Shown one piece after another: positions 19,944-30,700 of a stretch of 64,000 bases of DNA. The stretch is from an uncultured delta proteobacterium (GTDB taxonomy: Bacteria; Desulfobacterota; Binatia; UBA9968). The stretch is from assembly GCA_963737905.1 (NCBI GenBank), contig CAVTUQ010000005.1, forward strand, positions 1 to 64,000. Direction: 5' to 3'. The notes under the pieces are model-generated. The model was not told where the DNA came from. It saw only the letters and a program-made list of their open reading frames with translations, and searched no databases. Made by a program: the position numbers and the translations under genes. The first letter of the stretch is position 1. Each line of letters opens with the position of its first letter.

Positions 19944-21364
19944 TTTTCTTGCCGAGTGCCTCTGACTGCAGAAAAGAGCACCGCGATAAGGGTAAAGAAG
20001 TTCAAAACAAAAATCGTCGTTGAAAAAGCGCCCATGAACACTTCCGGCGCGGCGCGCCAACTTTCGGGCGATTCGATTTGGCTCCCGCTTAAACCTGCGG
20101 CCGACAAGAGGTAGCCGAACAAGGTCGCCGACAACGCCACTCCCATGGCGCCTCCGGTTCGCGCGGTTGTCGCGATCATACCCGCGGCAGCGCCAATTCT
20201 GTCCGGATTCACGGCGCCCAGGATCGAGCTTTGATTCGGCGCATTAAACAGCGCCCAGCCGACGCCCCAGACAACCAGAGGAAGCATGATTCTGAGCAAC
20301 GATGCGTCGAGATCTAAGGTCGCCAAGAAAAATTGGGCGACACCGACGATAGCACAACCCGTGGTGCAGAGCAGGCGGGAGCCAAAACGGTCTGATAGCG
20401 AGCCGGCAATGGGCGCCATAACCATGATGATGACCGAGTCGGCGACGATGATCCAACCGACTTGCGACGGCGAATAGCCGAGCAGGTTCTGTAAAAAAAA
20501 GGGAAGGAGAAAGTTGATGGCCGACAAAGTCCCGGCGATCAAAAAGAGGCTCGCAATTCCAGCACTGAAGAGCCGGCTGCGAAACATGGATAGAGCCAAG
20601 ATCGGCGTCGTCGTTTTGGCCTCTACACGTAACAGAAACAATAGCGCGATGACGGAAAGCGACACGGTCAAAAAAAACCGGGGATGGTGCCAGCCGACGC
20701 GTGGCAGTTGGTCGATGGCGTAGATAAACAGGGCATTGGTCAGAAGCAGTAGCAAAGCACCGGGAACATCGATGACAATTTTTTCATTAGTCTTGGTTTC
20801 TGGGACGACCTTCCACGCGAGATAAGCACCGCAGAGGCTGAAAGGCAAATTCATATAAAAGATCCAGCGCCAGCCAATGGTGTCGATCAGGAAACCGCCA
20901 AGCGCCGGACCGATCAGAAAACCGATGTGAAACGCCGTCGAAGTCAATCCCAGGGCGCGACCCCGTTCCTCCGGCGGTAAATTCACCGAGACGATGGCGC
21001 GACCATTGGCGGCGATCATGGAGCCACCCAGGGCCTGAACGGCTCGGAAAAAAATCAATTGGCCCGGAGTCTGAGAGAGACCACAAACAGCGGAACCAAT
21101 CACAAATATTAAAAAGCCTAGGCTGTAGAACCGGCGCCGGCCGAAAAGATCGCCGAGCCGGCCCATCGTGATGATCAACCCAATCAAAACCAGGTCGTAG
21201 ACCAGGATCGTCCATTGAATTGTTGTAAAAGAGGTATGAAAGGTCGCCGTCAGGGTGGGCAGGGCCACCGTGATGGCGCGCTGATCGAGACCGACGATGG
21301 TCTGGCCGATGCAAACGCTCAACAAAATGAGCCTGGAGGTTCGTCGCGATCTCTCTTTGTTCAC
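19940..21364 (-). CDS. MFS transporter, DHA2 (EmrB/QacA) family
   Basis: GRLGDLFGRRR motif A, GPALGG, WRWIFYMNLP; about 14 hydrophobic segments. Confidence 0.93.
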   Translation of the reverse strand: MNKERSRRTSRLILLSVCIGQTIVGLDQRAITVALPTLTATFHTSFTTIQWTILVYDLVLIGLIITMGRLGDLFGRRRFYSLGFLIFVIGSAVCGLSQTPGQLIFFRAVQALGGSMIAANGRAIVSVNLPPEERGRALGLTSTAFHIGFLIGPALGGFLIDTIGWRWIFYMNLPFSLCGAYLAWKVVPETKTNEKIVIDVPGALLLLLTNALFIYAIDQLPRVGWHHPRFFLTVSLSVIALLFLLRVEAKTTTPILALSMFRSRLFSAGIASLFLIAGTLSAINFLLPFFLQNLLGYSPSQVGWIIVADSVIIMVMAPIAGSLSDRFGSRLLCTTGCAIVGVAQFFLATLDLDASLLRIMLPLVVWGVGWALFNAPNQSSILGAVNPDRIGAAAGMIATTARTGGAMGVALSATLFGYLLSAAGLSGSQIESPESWRAAPEVFMGAFSTTIFVLNFFTLIAVLFSAVRGTRQEN

Positions 21365-21401
21365 CCGATAGCGTCATTGAACTCGATCTGCAGGCGTTGG
21401 C

Positions 21402-22841
21402 TTACTCTTGCCGCGAACCCCTCACTGCAGAGAAAAAAATCGAGAGGAGGGTGAAGAAATTGACGATATGCACGGTGTGGTTAAATGACCGGACAAAAAT
21501 TTCTGGCGATGCGCCCCAACTTTGCGGCGACTCGATCTGCAACGACGACAGGCCTGCCGCCGTCAGACCGTAGGTAAACAGGGTGGTGGAAACGGCGACA
21601 CCCATCGCTCCGCCAGTGCGGGCCGCGGTGGTGTTCATTCCAGACGCCGTTCCGACTTTATCTCTTGGCACAGACCCTAGGAGCGCGCTCTGGTTCGGTG
21701 AATTGAAGATCGCCCAACCCAGGCCGGAAAGTATCAGAGGAAAAATGATGCGCGGGATCGAAGAATCCAGACCCAACGATGCTATGAAAAATTGTGCGAT
21801 AACGATCAGGCCGGAACCTACCGTGCAGAGAAGACGCGAGCCCAAACGGTCGGACATCCAGCCGGCAATGGGGGCGACCATGACGATGACGACTGAGCCG
21901 GCGATCATGATCCACCCCATTTGCGACGGAGAAAAATGAAGGATGTTTTGAAGATAGAAAGGCATGAGAAAACTGATGGCCGACTGGGTGGAGGTGATGA
22001 AAAACAAACTCAAGATCGAAGCGGTAAAAAGCCGGTTGCGAAAAAGCGAAAAACTCAAGATCGGGGTCCGGGCTCTCAGTTCAACAAATACAAAGAGCAC
22101 AAGTGCCACAAAGAAAAGGGACATCATTTTCAGGACCGTCGGATCCCGCCAACCCACGTGCGGCAGCTGATTCATGGCATAGATGAAGAGACTGCAGGTC
22201 AGCATCAGCAAAATAGCTCCCGGAAAGTCGATGGATATTCCTCTCACGTCCTCTTTGCTTTCTTCCAAAAGCTTCCAGGCGAGATAGGCGCCCCAAATAC
22301 CTACCGGTAGATTGAGGTAAAAAATCCAACGCCAGCCGACGGTGTCGATCAAGAATCCCCCGAGGGTTGGACCGGTTAGAAAACCGATGTGGAAGGCCAT
22401 AGAAGCAATGCCCATCGCTTTGCCTCGCTGACCGGGCGGCAACGCAACGGAAGCGACGGCTCTACCGTTGGCCGAGATCATGGCGCCACCGATGGCTTGC
22501 AAACCGCGGAATAGAATGATCTGCGATGCGGACTGAGCAGCGCCACAAAGAGCGGAGCTAAAAACGAACACGAGAAACCCGCCGGCATAAAACCGCCGCC
22601 TGCCGAACAAATCGCCCAAACGGCCGAGGGTGATCACTGTGCCGATGAGTAGCAGATCATAGATGAGCAATACCCACTGGATGGTCGTAAGGCTGGTTTT
22701 AAAGATGTCGCTCAAGGTGGGCAGCGCCACCAAAAGCGCGCGCTGATCCAGCCCAACGATGAACTGCCCGACGCAAACGTTCATCAGAATAAACGTCGCG
22801 TTTCTTTTGGAAATTTCGACTGGTTTCACGTCTAACTCCAT
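21402..22841 (-). CDS. MFS transporter, DHA2 family (paralog of neighbour)
   Basis: Same motifs; shared GLDQRA, QIESP.SW and FSAVRG segments. Confidence 0.93.
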   Translation of the reverse strand: MELDVKPVEISKRNATFILMNVCVGQFIVGLDQRALLVALPTLSDIFKTSLTTIQWVLLIYDLLLIGTVITLGRLGDLFGRRRFYAGGFLVFVFSSALCGAAQSASQIILFRGLQAIGGAMISANGRAVASVALPPGQRGKAMGIASMAFHIGFLTGPTLGGFLIDTVGWRWIFYLNLPVGIWGAYLAWKLLEESKEDVRGISIDFPGAILLMLTCSLFIYAMNQLPHVGWRDPTVLKMMSLFFVALVLFVFVELRARTPILSFSLFRNRLFTASILSLFFITSTQSAISFLMPFYLQNILHFSPSQMGWIMIAGSVVIVMVAPIAGWMSDRLGSRLLCTVGSGLIVIAQFFIASLGLDSSIPRIIFPLILSGLGWAIFNSPNQSALLGSVPRDKVGTASGMNTTAARTGGAMGVAVSTTLFTYGLTAAGLSSLQIESPQSWGASPEIFVRSFNHTVHIVNFFTLLSIFFSAVRGSRQE

Positions 22842-23079
22842 GGGCCGTTAAAGTGTCCTCTGCCGCTGTGGTCACGACACGGTGCTCCACCAAGGCGAAG
22901 GCACACTTCGTGGATAAGGGAACTGTCAGCAGAAAGTGACTTGCGTGTTGTTCGTTGCGGCAACCCTATCTTATCGCGCCCCCAGCAGGGCTTCAACGCC
23001 GCGAGAAAAACCGGTGTGAGAAGAACCCAAAGGCGGGGTTCTTCGTTTAACCGGTGTTGAATCGGTTATCTAATTTGAA

Positions 23080-23115
23080 AAAACAAAAAGGGGCAGATGA
23101 AGTTTCTGCCCCTTT
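23080..23115 (-). terminator. Intrinsic terminator downstream of clpB and the small ORF
   Basis: 11-bp stem aaaggggcaga/tctgccccttt followed by a U-rich tail on the minus strand. Confidence 0.8.
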
Positions 23116-23147
23116 GAAGTCAGATCACCGAGGTTTATTAGAAAGAC

Positions 23148-23315
23148 TTACCAGACTTGCCCAGAAGAGGTGTCCTGCAATTCCCGGCGGACTTTCTCTT
23201 TTGACTGCTTGCGACTATCTTTTTTCTTGCTCTTGAAGATCTTACCAGGAGGAGGAAGCTCTTTTCTCACCCGGGCGAGTCCTTGAGGAATTCTTCTCGT
23301 CTTCTTTTTCGCCAC
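23148..23315 (-). CDS. Small highly basic protein, 55 aa (not in ORF track)
   Basis: GTG start 5 nt after the clpB stop: MAKKKTRRIPQGLARVRKELPPPGKIFKSKKKDSRKQSKEKVRRELQDTSSGQVW. Confidence 0.6.
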   Translation of the reverse strand: MAKKKTRRIPQGLARVRKELPPPGKIFKSKKKDSRKQSKEKVRRELQDTSSGQVW

Positions 23316-23320
23316 CGCGC

Positions 23321-25948
23321 TCAATGGAGTGTCCTCTCTTCCCGGCCTTCGTTGTCCGCTACTGTACCGCTGTGACGAAACAGCATCTCGTCGTCATCCG
23401 AGTCGATCGTGATGCGGTCGCCTTCTTTGAATTCCCCTTCGAGGATCTTGACCGCCAACGGATCCTGAATCAATCGTTGTATGGTTCGCTTCAATGGCCG
23501 CGCGCCATAGACGGGGTCATAACCTTTGTCCGCAAGCAATGCTTTGGCCCGATCGGTAATTTCAAAGGCCATTTTTCTGCCCGCCAAGTTCTGGCGCAGC
23601 CGCCTGAGTTGGATCTCGACAATCGACTTGATTTCTTCCCGCCCCAGGCTGTTAAAGATGATAATCTCATCGACCCGGTTCAGGAATTCCGGCTTGAACG
23701 CGTCACGCAGCCCCGCCATGACTCGCTGCTCCATTTCTTTGCGGTTGGTGCCGGCCAAATCCTGAATGTACTGACTGCCCAGGTTCGATGTCATAATGAT
23801 CACCGTGTTCTTGAAATCGACGGTTCTACCTTGACCATCAGTCATCCGGCCGTCCTCGAGGATCTGCAGCAAAGCGTTAAAGACTTCCGGATGAGCTTTT
23901 TCAATTTCGTCGAACAGCACCACCGAATAGGGCCGGCGGCGGACGGCTTCCGTCAAGTATCCCCCCTCTTCATAGCCGACATAGCCCGGAGGAGCGCCGA
24001 TTAGCCGCGAGACGGAATGCTTTTCCATGAACTCGGACATATCGAGGCGAACCATCGCTTGTTCGTCGTCGAACAAGAATTCTGCCAGGGCACGGCAGAG
24101 TTCCGTTTTGCCGACACCCGTGGGACCAAGAAAAATAAACGACCCAATGGGACGGTTCTGATCCTGGAGCCCGGCGCGGGCGCGGCGGACGGCGTTGGAA
24201 ACCGCGTGGATCGCGCTCTCCTGCCCGACGACGCGAGCTTTCAGCCGGTCTTCCATCTTGAGGAGCTTCTGAATCTCGCCTTCGAGCATTTTCGAAACCG
24301 GAATCCCGGTCCACTTCGCCACCACTTCGGCTACGTCTTCCGCGTCCACCTCCTCCTTAAGCATCTTCTGGTCCTTTTGTAACTCCGCGAGTTTGCGGTT
24401 GGCGTCTTCCAGCTCTTTTTGCAGTTGAGTCATAGTCCCGTAGCGCAGCTCCGCGGCCCGGTTCAGATCTCCCTTGCGTTGTGCCTGTTGCTCCTCCACT
24501 TTGGTCGCTTCGATCTTCTCCTTGAGCTCACGAATGCGCTGAATCGATTCTTTTTCGTTTTTCCAGTGACCTTTCAGGCCATCGGACGTTTCCCGTAGGT
24601 TCTGAATTTCTCGCTCCAATTGAGTAAGTCTTTCCTTGGAGGCCTTGTCTTCTTCTCGCTTGAGGGCCTGTTTTTCGATCTCCAGCTGGAGAATCTTTCG
24701 CTCCACCTCGTCGATCTCGATGGGCATGCTGTCGATTTCGATTCTCAGCCTTGACGCCGACTCGTCGATTAGATCGATGGCTTTATCCGGCAAGAAACGA
24801 TCGCTGATGTAGCGATGGGACAGGGTGGCCGCGGCGATAATGGCACCGTCGGTGATGCGAACGCCGTGGTGGACTTCGTACCTTTCCTTGAGACCCCGCA
24901 AGATCGCGATCGTATCTTCAACGGAGGGCTCACCAACGTAGATCGGCTGAAACCGGCGTTCCAGGGCGGGGTCTTTCTCGACGCGTTTACGATACTCATC
25001 GAGGGTGGTGGCTCCCACACACCGCAGCTCGCCACGGGCAAGGGCGGGCTTCAGCATATTCGAGGCGTCCATCGCCCCCTCGGCCGCTCCTGCCCCCACC
25101 AGCGTGTGCAGCTCGTCGATAAAGAGAATAATCTGTCCGCTGGCGTCAGTCACTTCCTTTAGAACTGCCTTTAGACGGTCCTCAAATTCGCCACGGAATT
25201 TTGCGCCTGCAACCAGCGCTCCCAAATCGAGCGCTACAAGCCGTTTTTCTTTTAGTCCTTCAGGCACGTCGCCGTTGACGATTCGGAGCGCGAGCCCCTC
25301 GACAATGGCGGTTTTTCCCACACCGGGTTCTCCGATCAGCACCGGATTGTTTTTGGTTCGCCGTGACAGGACCTGGATCACCCGGCGAATCTCATCATCG
25401 CGTCCGATGACCGGATCCAGTTTTCCTTTGCGGGCCAGATCCGTAAGGTCCCGGCTGTATTTCTCCAGAGCCTGATATTTCTCTTCGGGGTTCGGATCGG
25501 TGATGCGTTGCGCGCCGCGAATGCTGACCAGCGCGTTTAAGATCTTATCTCGCGAGATGCCGAGCTCTTTAAGGATCTTGCCGGTTTCACCGCTGTCCTG
25601 GAGCATCGCGAGTAGCAAATGCTCGGCCGAAACGTAATCGTCCTTGAGTGCTTCTGCCTCCGCTTCCGCAGCTTCGATGGTTTTCTTTAGACGCGGGGTA
25701 ATGAATGCTTGACCGGTGGCCCCGGTAACTTGCGGGACGCGGTCGAGTGCCTTTTGCAGCCGCTCCGTAAGCGAGCCCGTCGGCGCACCCAGCTTTTGCA
25801 AGAGTGATAAGACCACCCCTTCTTTCTGGCCTAATAGGGCAAAAAGAAGATGTTCTACATCAATGGCTTGGTGGTTGCGTTTCTCAGCTAGCGATTGAGC
25901 GTGCTGCAGCGCTTCCTGTGATTTCGTAGTCAATTTATCGAGACGCAT
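23321..25948 (-). CDS. clpB: ATP-dependent disaggregase ClpB
   Basis: Two AAA modules ([16 protein letters not shown]), middle coiled-coil domain, [12 protein letters not shown]. Confidence 0.98.
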   Translation of the reverse strand: MRLDKLTTKSQEALQHAQSLAEKRNHQAIDVEHLLFALLGQKEGVVLSLLQKLGAPTGSLTERLQKALDRVPQVTGATGQAFITPRLKKTIEAAEAEAEALKDDYVSAEHLLLAMLQDSGETGKILKELGISRDKILNALVSIRGAQRITDPNPEEKYQALEKYSRDLTDLARKGKLDPVIGRDDEIRRVIQVLSRRTKNNPVLIGEPGVGKTAIVEGLALRIVNGDVPEGLKEKRLVALDLGALVAGAKFRGEFEDRLKAVLKEVTDASGQIILFIDELHTLVGAGAAEGAMDASNMLKPALARGELRCVGATTLDEYRKRVEKDPALERRFQPIYVGEPSVEDTIAILRGLKERYEVHHGVRITDGAIIAAATLSHRYISDRFLPDKAIDLIDESASRLRIEIDSMPIEIDEVERKILQLEIEKQALKREEDKASKERLTQLEREIQNLRETSDGLKGHWKNEKESIQRIRELKEKIEATKVEEQQAQRKGDLNRAAELRYGTMTQLQKELEDANRKLAELQKDQKMLKEEVDAEDVAEVVAKWTGIPVSKMLEGEIQKLLKMEDRLKARVVGQESAIHAVSNAVRRARAGLQDQNRPIGSFIFLGPTGVGKTELCRALAEFLFDDEQAMVRLDMSEFMEKHSVSRLIGAPPGYVGYEEGGYLTEAVRRRPYSVVLFDEIEKAHPEVFNALLQILEDGRMTDGQGRTVDFKNTVIIMTSNLGSQYIQDLAGTNRKEMEQRVMAGLRDAFKPEFLNRVDEIIIFNSLGREEIKSIVEIQLRRLRQNLAGRKMAFEITDRAKALLADKGYDPVYGARPLKRTIQRLIQDPLAVKILEGEFKEGDRITIDSDDDEMLFRHSGTVADNEGREERTLH

Positions 25949-25971
25949 GGCTTCTCCTCACGAATGCCTAA

Positions 25972-26000
25972 AAGTTAAGCATCGTTGCCATGGCTGTCAA
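25972..26000 (-). promoter_or_regulatory. Sigma-70-type promoter of clpB
   Basis: TTGACA-N17-TAACTT on the minus strand, followed by GAGGAG RBS. Confidence 0.65.
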
Positions 26001-26017
26001 GGAAGACAGCGAAAGTT

Positions 26018-26830
26018 TTATTCCTTGGGAAGCTGAAAAAATTCGAGTCCCTGGAAACCAGGTTCCTCGACCACGATGGGAATGGGTTGTTTGTCCGACC
26101 CAAGGAGAAAGATTCCATGGTCCTTAACGATGCTGAAAGGATATTCGTTCGGCTCTACCGCGGTGCCGCGCATCTTCTTCACGGTCAGAGTCCGCACGGG
26201 CCTGTCGTTATCGTGAGTCACCCTCAGGATCAAAACACCCGCGGCAAGAAACTCCTCAATCCCGTTGGTGAGGTCGTGGCTTGCCCGCGGCGGGAGATGA
26301 GAGGTAATAAGGTTGGTCGTGGCGAGATTGGACTGCAGCAAGTGGATCAACATCCTAGCGTGTTCTTGCACGCGCGTCGGTGAATCGCCGGACAAGATTA
26401 GCGGCGTGACAGGGTCGATCACCAGTCGTGTCGCCTCCAACTTCTTTGCGTAGGTCGCAAGATCCGACACAATCTTTTGCAGATCCACACCTTTATCTCC
26501 TACGGTGGCGGCTCGACCGCTGAAATAAGGAGACGCGTCTAGAATAGCGAAGCTCTTTGCCTGTACGTATTGTTGTAGGTCCCAGCCCAGCGACTCGGCC
26601 GCTTGCAGAATTTCCGCTGGGCGTTCGTCCACCGTCACATAAACCGCCTTTTCCTCCTGTGCCAGACCGCTTTGCAAAAACTGCATGCAAGCGGTGGTCT
26701 TTCCGGTGCCAGCGTCGCCGGTCACGAGATAAGAACGACCCGGGAGAAAACCTCCCTGTAATAGAGAGTCCAAAGTAGCGATCCCGGTGGAGACCCGTTT
26801 CACAGGTTCGGAAGGCGGTTCTTTAGCCAA
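26018..26830 (-). CDS. Single-domain KaiC/RAD55-like ATPase (2)
   Basis: RVSTGIATLDSLLQGG, GDAGTGKT, VDE, RLVIDP, IEEFLAAGV, VKKMRG. Confidence 0.92.
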   Translation of the reverse strand: MAKEPPSEPVKRVSTGIATLDSLLQGGFLPGRSYLVTGDAGTGKTTACMQFLQSGLAQEEKAVYVTVDERPAEILQAAESLGWDLQQYVQAKSFAILDASPYFSGRAATVGDKGVDLQKIVSDLATYAKKLEATRLVIDPVTPLILSGDSPTRVQEHARMLIHLLQSNLATTNLITSHLPPRASHDLTNGIEEFLAAGVLILRVTHDNDRPVRTLTVKKMRGTAVEPNEYPFSIVKDHGIFLLGSDKQPIPIVVEEPGFQGLEFFQLPKE

Positions 26831-26925
26831 AATTCACTCCAATGAAAAATTCGTACCAGCTCGTGCCAATACAATAGGAATAAGCCCCAAACTTAAAATC
26901 CCTGAGCCAAAGTGAATGTGCGCGC

Positions 26926-27648
26926 CTACGGCAGGGGTTGAAGGACGATGCCTTGCTTTTTGACGATGTCGAAATCATACTGCGCCGGCTTTACATCCGT
27001 GCAGCGCATTTTTTCAATCACGAGACTACGGCCCAATTGCCCTTCTTTCCAGATCATCTCGAGAACAATGGCACCGGCTACAAGATATTCTTCGACGCCA
27101 TGCATAGACCGCTCGCCGGTGCGCGGCACGGCGTAGGAGGTCAGGATATTGGTTGTGGACATCGTGGTCCGTAGCAGTTTCATAAGCAGACGCGTTTGAT
27201 CTTGTATGCGAGTCGTCGTGTCGCGTATTAGAACGAAAGGTCCCGCAGGGTCCAATACTAGCCGTTTGGCTTCCAACCTATTGACGAAACCGGCAAGATC
27301 GCCGATCGCCTTATGCACATCTATATGTCGATCTTTTCCGGCGCCCGGCAAAGAACTCAAATAGGTGCCGGCATTCAAAATCGCTAGTTCCTTAGTCTCG
27401 ATACGCTTTTCCAAATCCCATCCTAAGGATGCCGCTTGTTCGAGAATATCCATCGGGCCTTCATCCGCGGCTACATAGATTCCCTTTTCTCCACGGGCCA
27501 GCCCCTCAACGAGGAACTGCAGCGCAAAAATCGTCTTACCCGTTCCCGGCTCTCCAGTGACGAGAATGGATCGACCCTTAGGAAAACCACCCTCGAAGAG
27601 CGGATCAAGGCCCGAAATGCCACTCGGTACGCGTTCTATCTGGATCAT
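26926..27648 (-). CDS. Single-domain KaiC/RAD55-like ATPase (1)
   Basis: RVPSGISGLDPLFEGG, GEPGTGKT, ADE, RLVLDP, VEEYLVAGA, IEKMRC. Confidence 0.92.
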   Translation of the reverse strand: MIQIERVPSGISGLDPLFEGGFPKGRSILVTGEPGTGKTIFALQFLVEGLARGEKGIYVAADEGPMDILEQAASLGWDLEKRIETKELAILNAGTYLSSLPGAGKDRHIDVHKAIGDLAGFVNRLEAKRLVLDPAGPFVLIRDTTTRIQDQTRLLMKLLRTTMSTTNILTSYAVPRTGERSMHGVEEYLVAGAIVLEMIWKEGQLGRSLVIEKMRCTDVKPAQYDFDIVKKQGIVLQPLP

Positions 27649-27715
27649 ATTTGTTATCTCATTCTCCGGCCTTCAAATCATTCAAAATCAAATGCTCTTG
27701 CTTGGCGTATTGGCT

Positions 27716-30700
27716 TCACGACTTCCATCGACGTTTCCGGCCCAGGCTGAAGCGCCATCTTCGATTCTGGGGCGATATCAATGTTTGCTCGTTGTCGGCT
27801 TTGATGGTTTCGACCAGTTGTTCAAGCCGGCTCAATTTTTCTTTTTGGATCTCGGTTAGAGTTGGTTCTCCTAAAAGAAAGCCCTTGTGCGGACTCTCAA
27901 GCAGGGCTTGTTTTTCTGCCAATTCACTACGTAGACTATCAATCTGTGCTTGAAAGTTTTCCTCCAAATCGTTGACCGCCGCTTGCCGCTCCTCCAATAC
28001 CCGTTCCTTTTGACCTAGTTCCTCCCAGAGTTTATCTAGCTCGATCCTGGGTTGCTCTCCTTCGTGCTCAGTCGCATGCCGAGATTCTTGCTCAGCCTCC
28101 CTGGGTGCCGACTCTAAATAGGCGATCCGTTCTTGGATGGCATCCAGTTCTGCTTTAACGCGGAGCAGCTCATCATTGCGGTTTTGGAGCAAAGAATGCT
28201 TCTCTGCGACTTCCGCGTGCAAACCGGTGATTTCGAACTGAAGATTTTGTTCCGTAGAGTGCCATTCCGCTTCGCGTTGCTGCAGAGCTTCAACCTTCTG
28301 GTTGTTTTCCAGTAGCCGCGCTGCCAGCTCTGCTTGCGACTGCCGGTGTATTTCCTCTATTTCTCTAGCCGACCTTGCTGCTGCTTGCGTAAGCGCGCTT
28401 TCTGCTTGACCGATGCGATCGAGTAAACCAATGATCTTGGACTCAAGAGCTTGGATCTCATCGTTGCGGGTCCCGAGGACGACCCGGGTTTCTGCTAATT
28501 GCGTTTGCAAGTCAGTGACCTGAAGGCGAAGGTCTTGCTCCAAGCGACCGGCGACGACCCGTTGGTGTTCCAGCGCCGTTGTGTTGGTGCGTTCCAGATT
28601 ATTGACCTGGGCGAGCAGACCGCTAACCTGGTGGCGAAGCTCAGTCAGCTCGATATCTCGGCCTTCCATGAGCGACTGTTTTTCAGCGAGTTCCAGCTGC
28701 AGATCGGCAATGTTTGCATTAAGGACCGATTCCAACGCACGGGTCCGGTCAGCCACGACCTTAAGAGCGTTTTCCTTTTCCTTAAGTTGTGTGTCGAGCA
28801 CACCAATTTCTATTTTGACTTGCTCGCGAATTTGTTCCGCCTGCGTTGCAGCGAGCATCTCGGTCTGCTTGCGAGTGAACTCCGATTGAGCTACGTTTTC
28901 CCGAAGAGTAGATATTTCCGAATTCTTCTCCTGGAGTTCTGCGTTACCGTGATCCAGTAGTGTTTGCTTTTCTACCAGCTGAGCCTGGAGTCGGTGAATC
29001 TTGCTGTTGAGATCTTCCTCCAAGGCTCGAATCGTTGTCTGACGCTCCTCCAAGATGAGCTGCCTCTGGTCGAGTTCTGCTCGGAGACCGGCAAGTTCAA
29101 TCTGGTGTTGTTCTCTTGAATGCTCTATCCCGACCGAAGCGTTTGTTTCCGCGGCCGTTTTAGCCGACTCTAGCTCGTGCATCCGGTCCCGGAGCGCGAT
29201 GACTTCGAGCTTGGCACTCTGGAGTTCGCGCTTCTGGATTTCAAGTACCGTACGCTCCTCCGCCAGCTGGCTTTGGAGGTTGCGCAGTTCCGCCTGGAGG
29301 CCTTCGCCGGACTGTCTGAACTCGACTTCCCGTTGCGCGAACGTCTGGTCCCTTTGCTCTAGCGCTCGGTGAATCGTCGCCTAATTCGTTCTGCAGGGTT
29401 TCGCTTCTGCGCTGCGCTTCGTTCTTGGCCTCCTCGGTTTGCGTGGCGGTCAGTTCCAGGTGCTGGATGTGCTCCCGCAGCAGAGCGGTCTCGGATTGCG
29501 CGTTTTTAAGCTCGGTCGCGCGGTTTTGTAACAGTTCGGCTTTTTCAGAGTCGGTCGCTTCTAATTCTTGGACACGGGCCCGCAGGCTGTCTTCTATCGC
29601 CCGGGCCGCGGCCTTGGCTTCTTTGACGGTTTGTTTGTTGGCCAGTTCGAGGCAGGTGATTTGCTCCTGTAGATCGCTTGTCTTTGCAGCGAGCTTACCC
29701 ACCTCTTGGCTGCGGGCTTCAAGCAGACCATGCTCCTCCGCCAACTCCCTCTGCAAATCCCCTAGCTGCGCCGTGAAGGTTTGCTGCAAGTCGTAAGATT
29801 GTGCCTCACGATCCGCCAGGAGTCGCTTCAGATTTTTCAGTTCCTCCTGCCCCGCACCCAGTTCCGCTTCAAATCTTTGGCGAGCGAGGTCCGCATTGCT
29901 GGCGGCCGCTGTAGCTTCGTGCTGGCTAGCTTCAAGCTGAGCCAACTGCTCCGAGACGGAAGTTAATTGATTTCGCAGAGTGGCAATTTCAATGTTGCGG
30001 GTTTCCAGCAGTAACTGCTTTTCGGTTATTTGGATTTCTAGGTCGCGGATCTGGGCCTGCAGTCGGCCCTCAGATTCCCGAGCCAACAAGCGGGTTTCGG
30101 CTAACCCGTGTTCTTTTTCTTCCAGCTGCGTTTGAAGCACAGCCAATTTGCCCTGAAGCTCGCCGCGAATGCGTTCTATTTCTGCTGCGGCAAACATTTC
30201 CGCTTCAGAAGCGGCTGATTCCAACTGGGCAACGCGATTGCGGAGCACCGCCGTTTCGGAACCAATAGTTTGAAAGTCCTGGTCGCGACGATCCAGTAGC
30301 TCTTGTTTTTGCGTTAATTGATTTCTGAGATCTTGAATTTGGCCGTTAAGATTCGCCTCGAACTCAACAATCTCGGTTTGGCGCTTCTGGAGTGCCTGCT
30401 CCTTTTCTCGAAGGATCGCCTCTAACGCCGTTACCCGGAATTGAGATTCCTGGCGGACGCGCTCAACTGCGGTTGCCGCAGCTGCTTCGGCCTCGGCGCG
30501 GAGAGACTCGAGCTGGGTAACGTGTTCCTTCAGTCCGGCAACCTGCTCGGCAACATGACCTAGGTCTCCATCTTTTGCGTCCAGTAGTTGCTGTTTTTCC
30601 GCCAGCAGGCTTTGAAGGTTGTGTAGTTCCGCCTGGAGGCCTTCGTTGGACTGGCTGAACTCGACTTCCCGTTGCGCGAACGTCTGGTCCCTTTGCTCTA

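Noticed and set aside
23321-26017. clpB as part of the KaiC/coiled-coil operon
   Set aside because: clpB has its own TTGACA-N17-TAACTT promoter candidate; adjacency alone is not enough.
26843-26868. Second sigma-54 promoter before KaiC-like gene 2
   Set aside because: TGGCACG and TGGTACG are present but neither has GC at -12, and the nearer one would start transcription past the RBS.
26018-27648. Circadian kaiABC clock
   Set aside because: Both proteins are single-domain, lack the CII S/T phosphosites, and no kaiA or kaiB is present.
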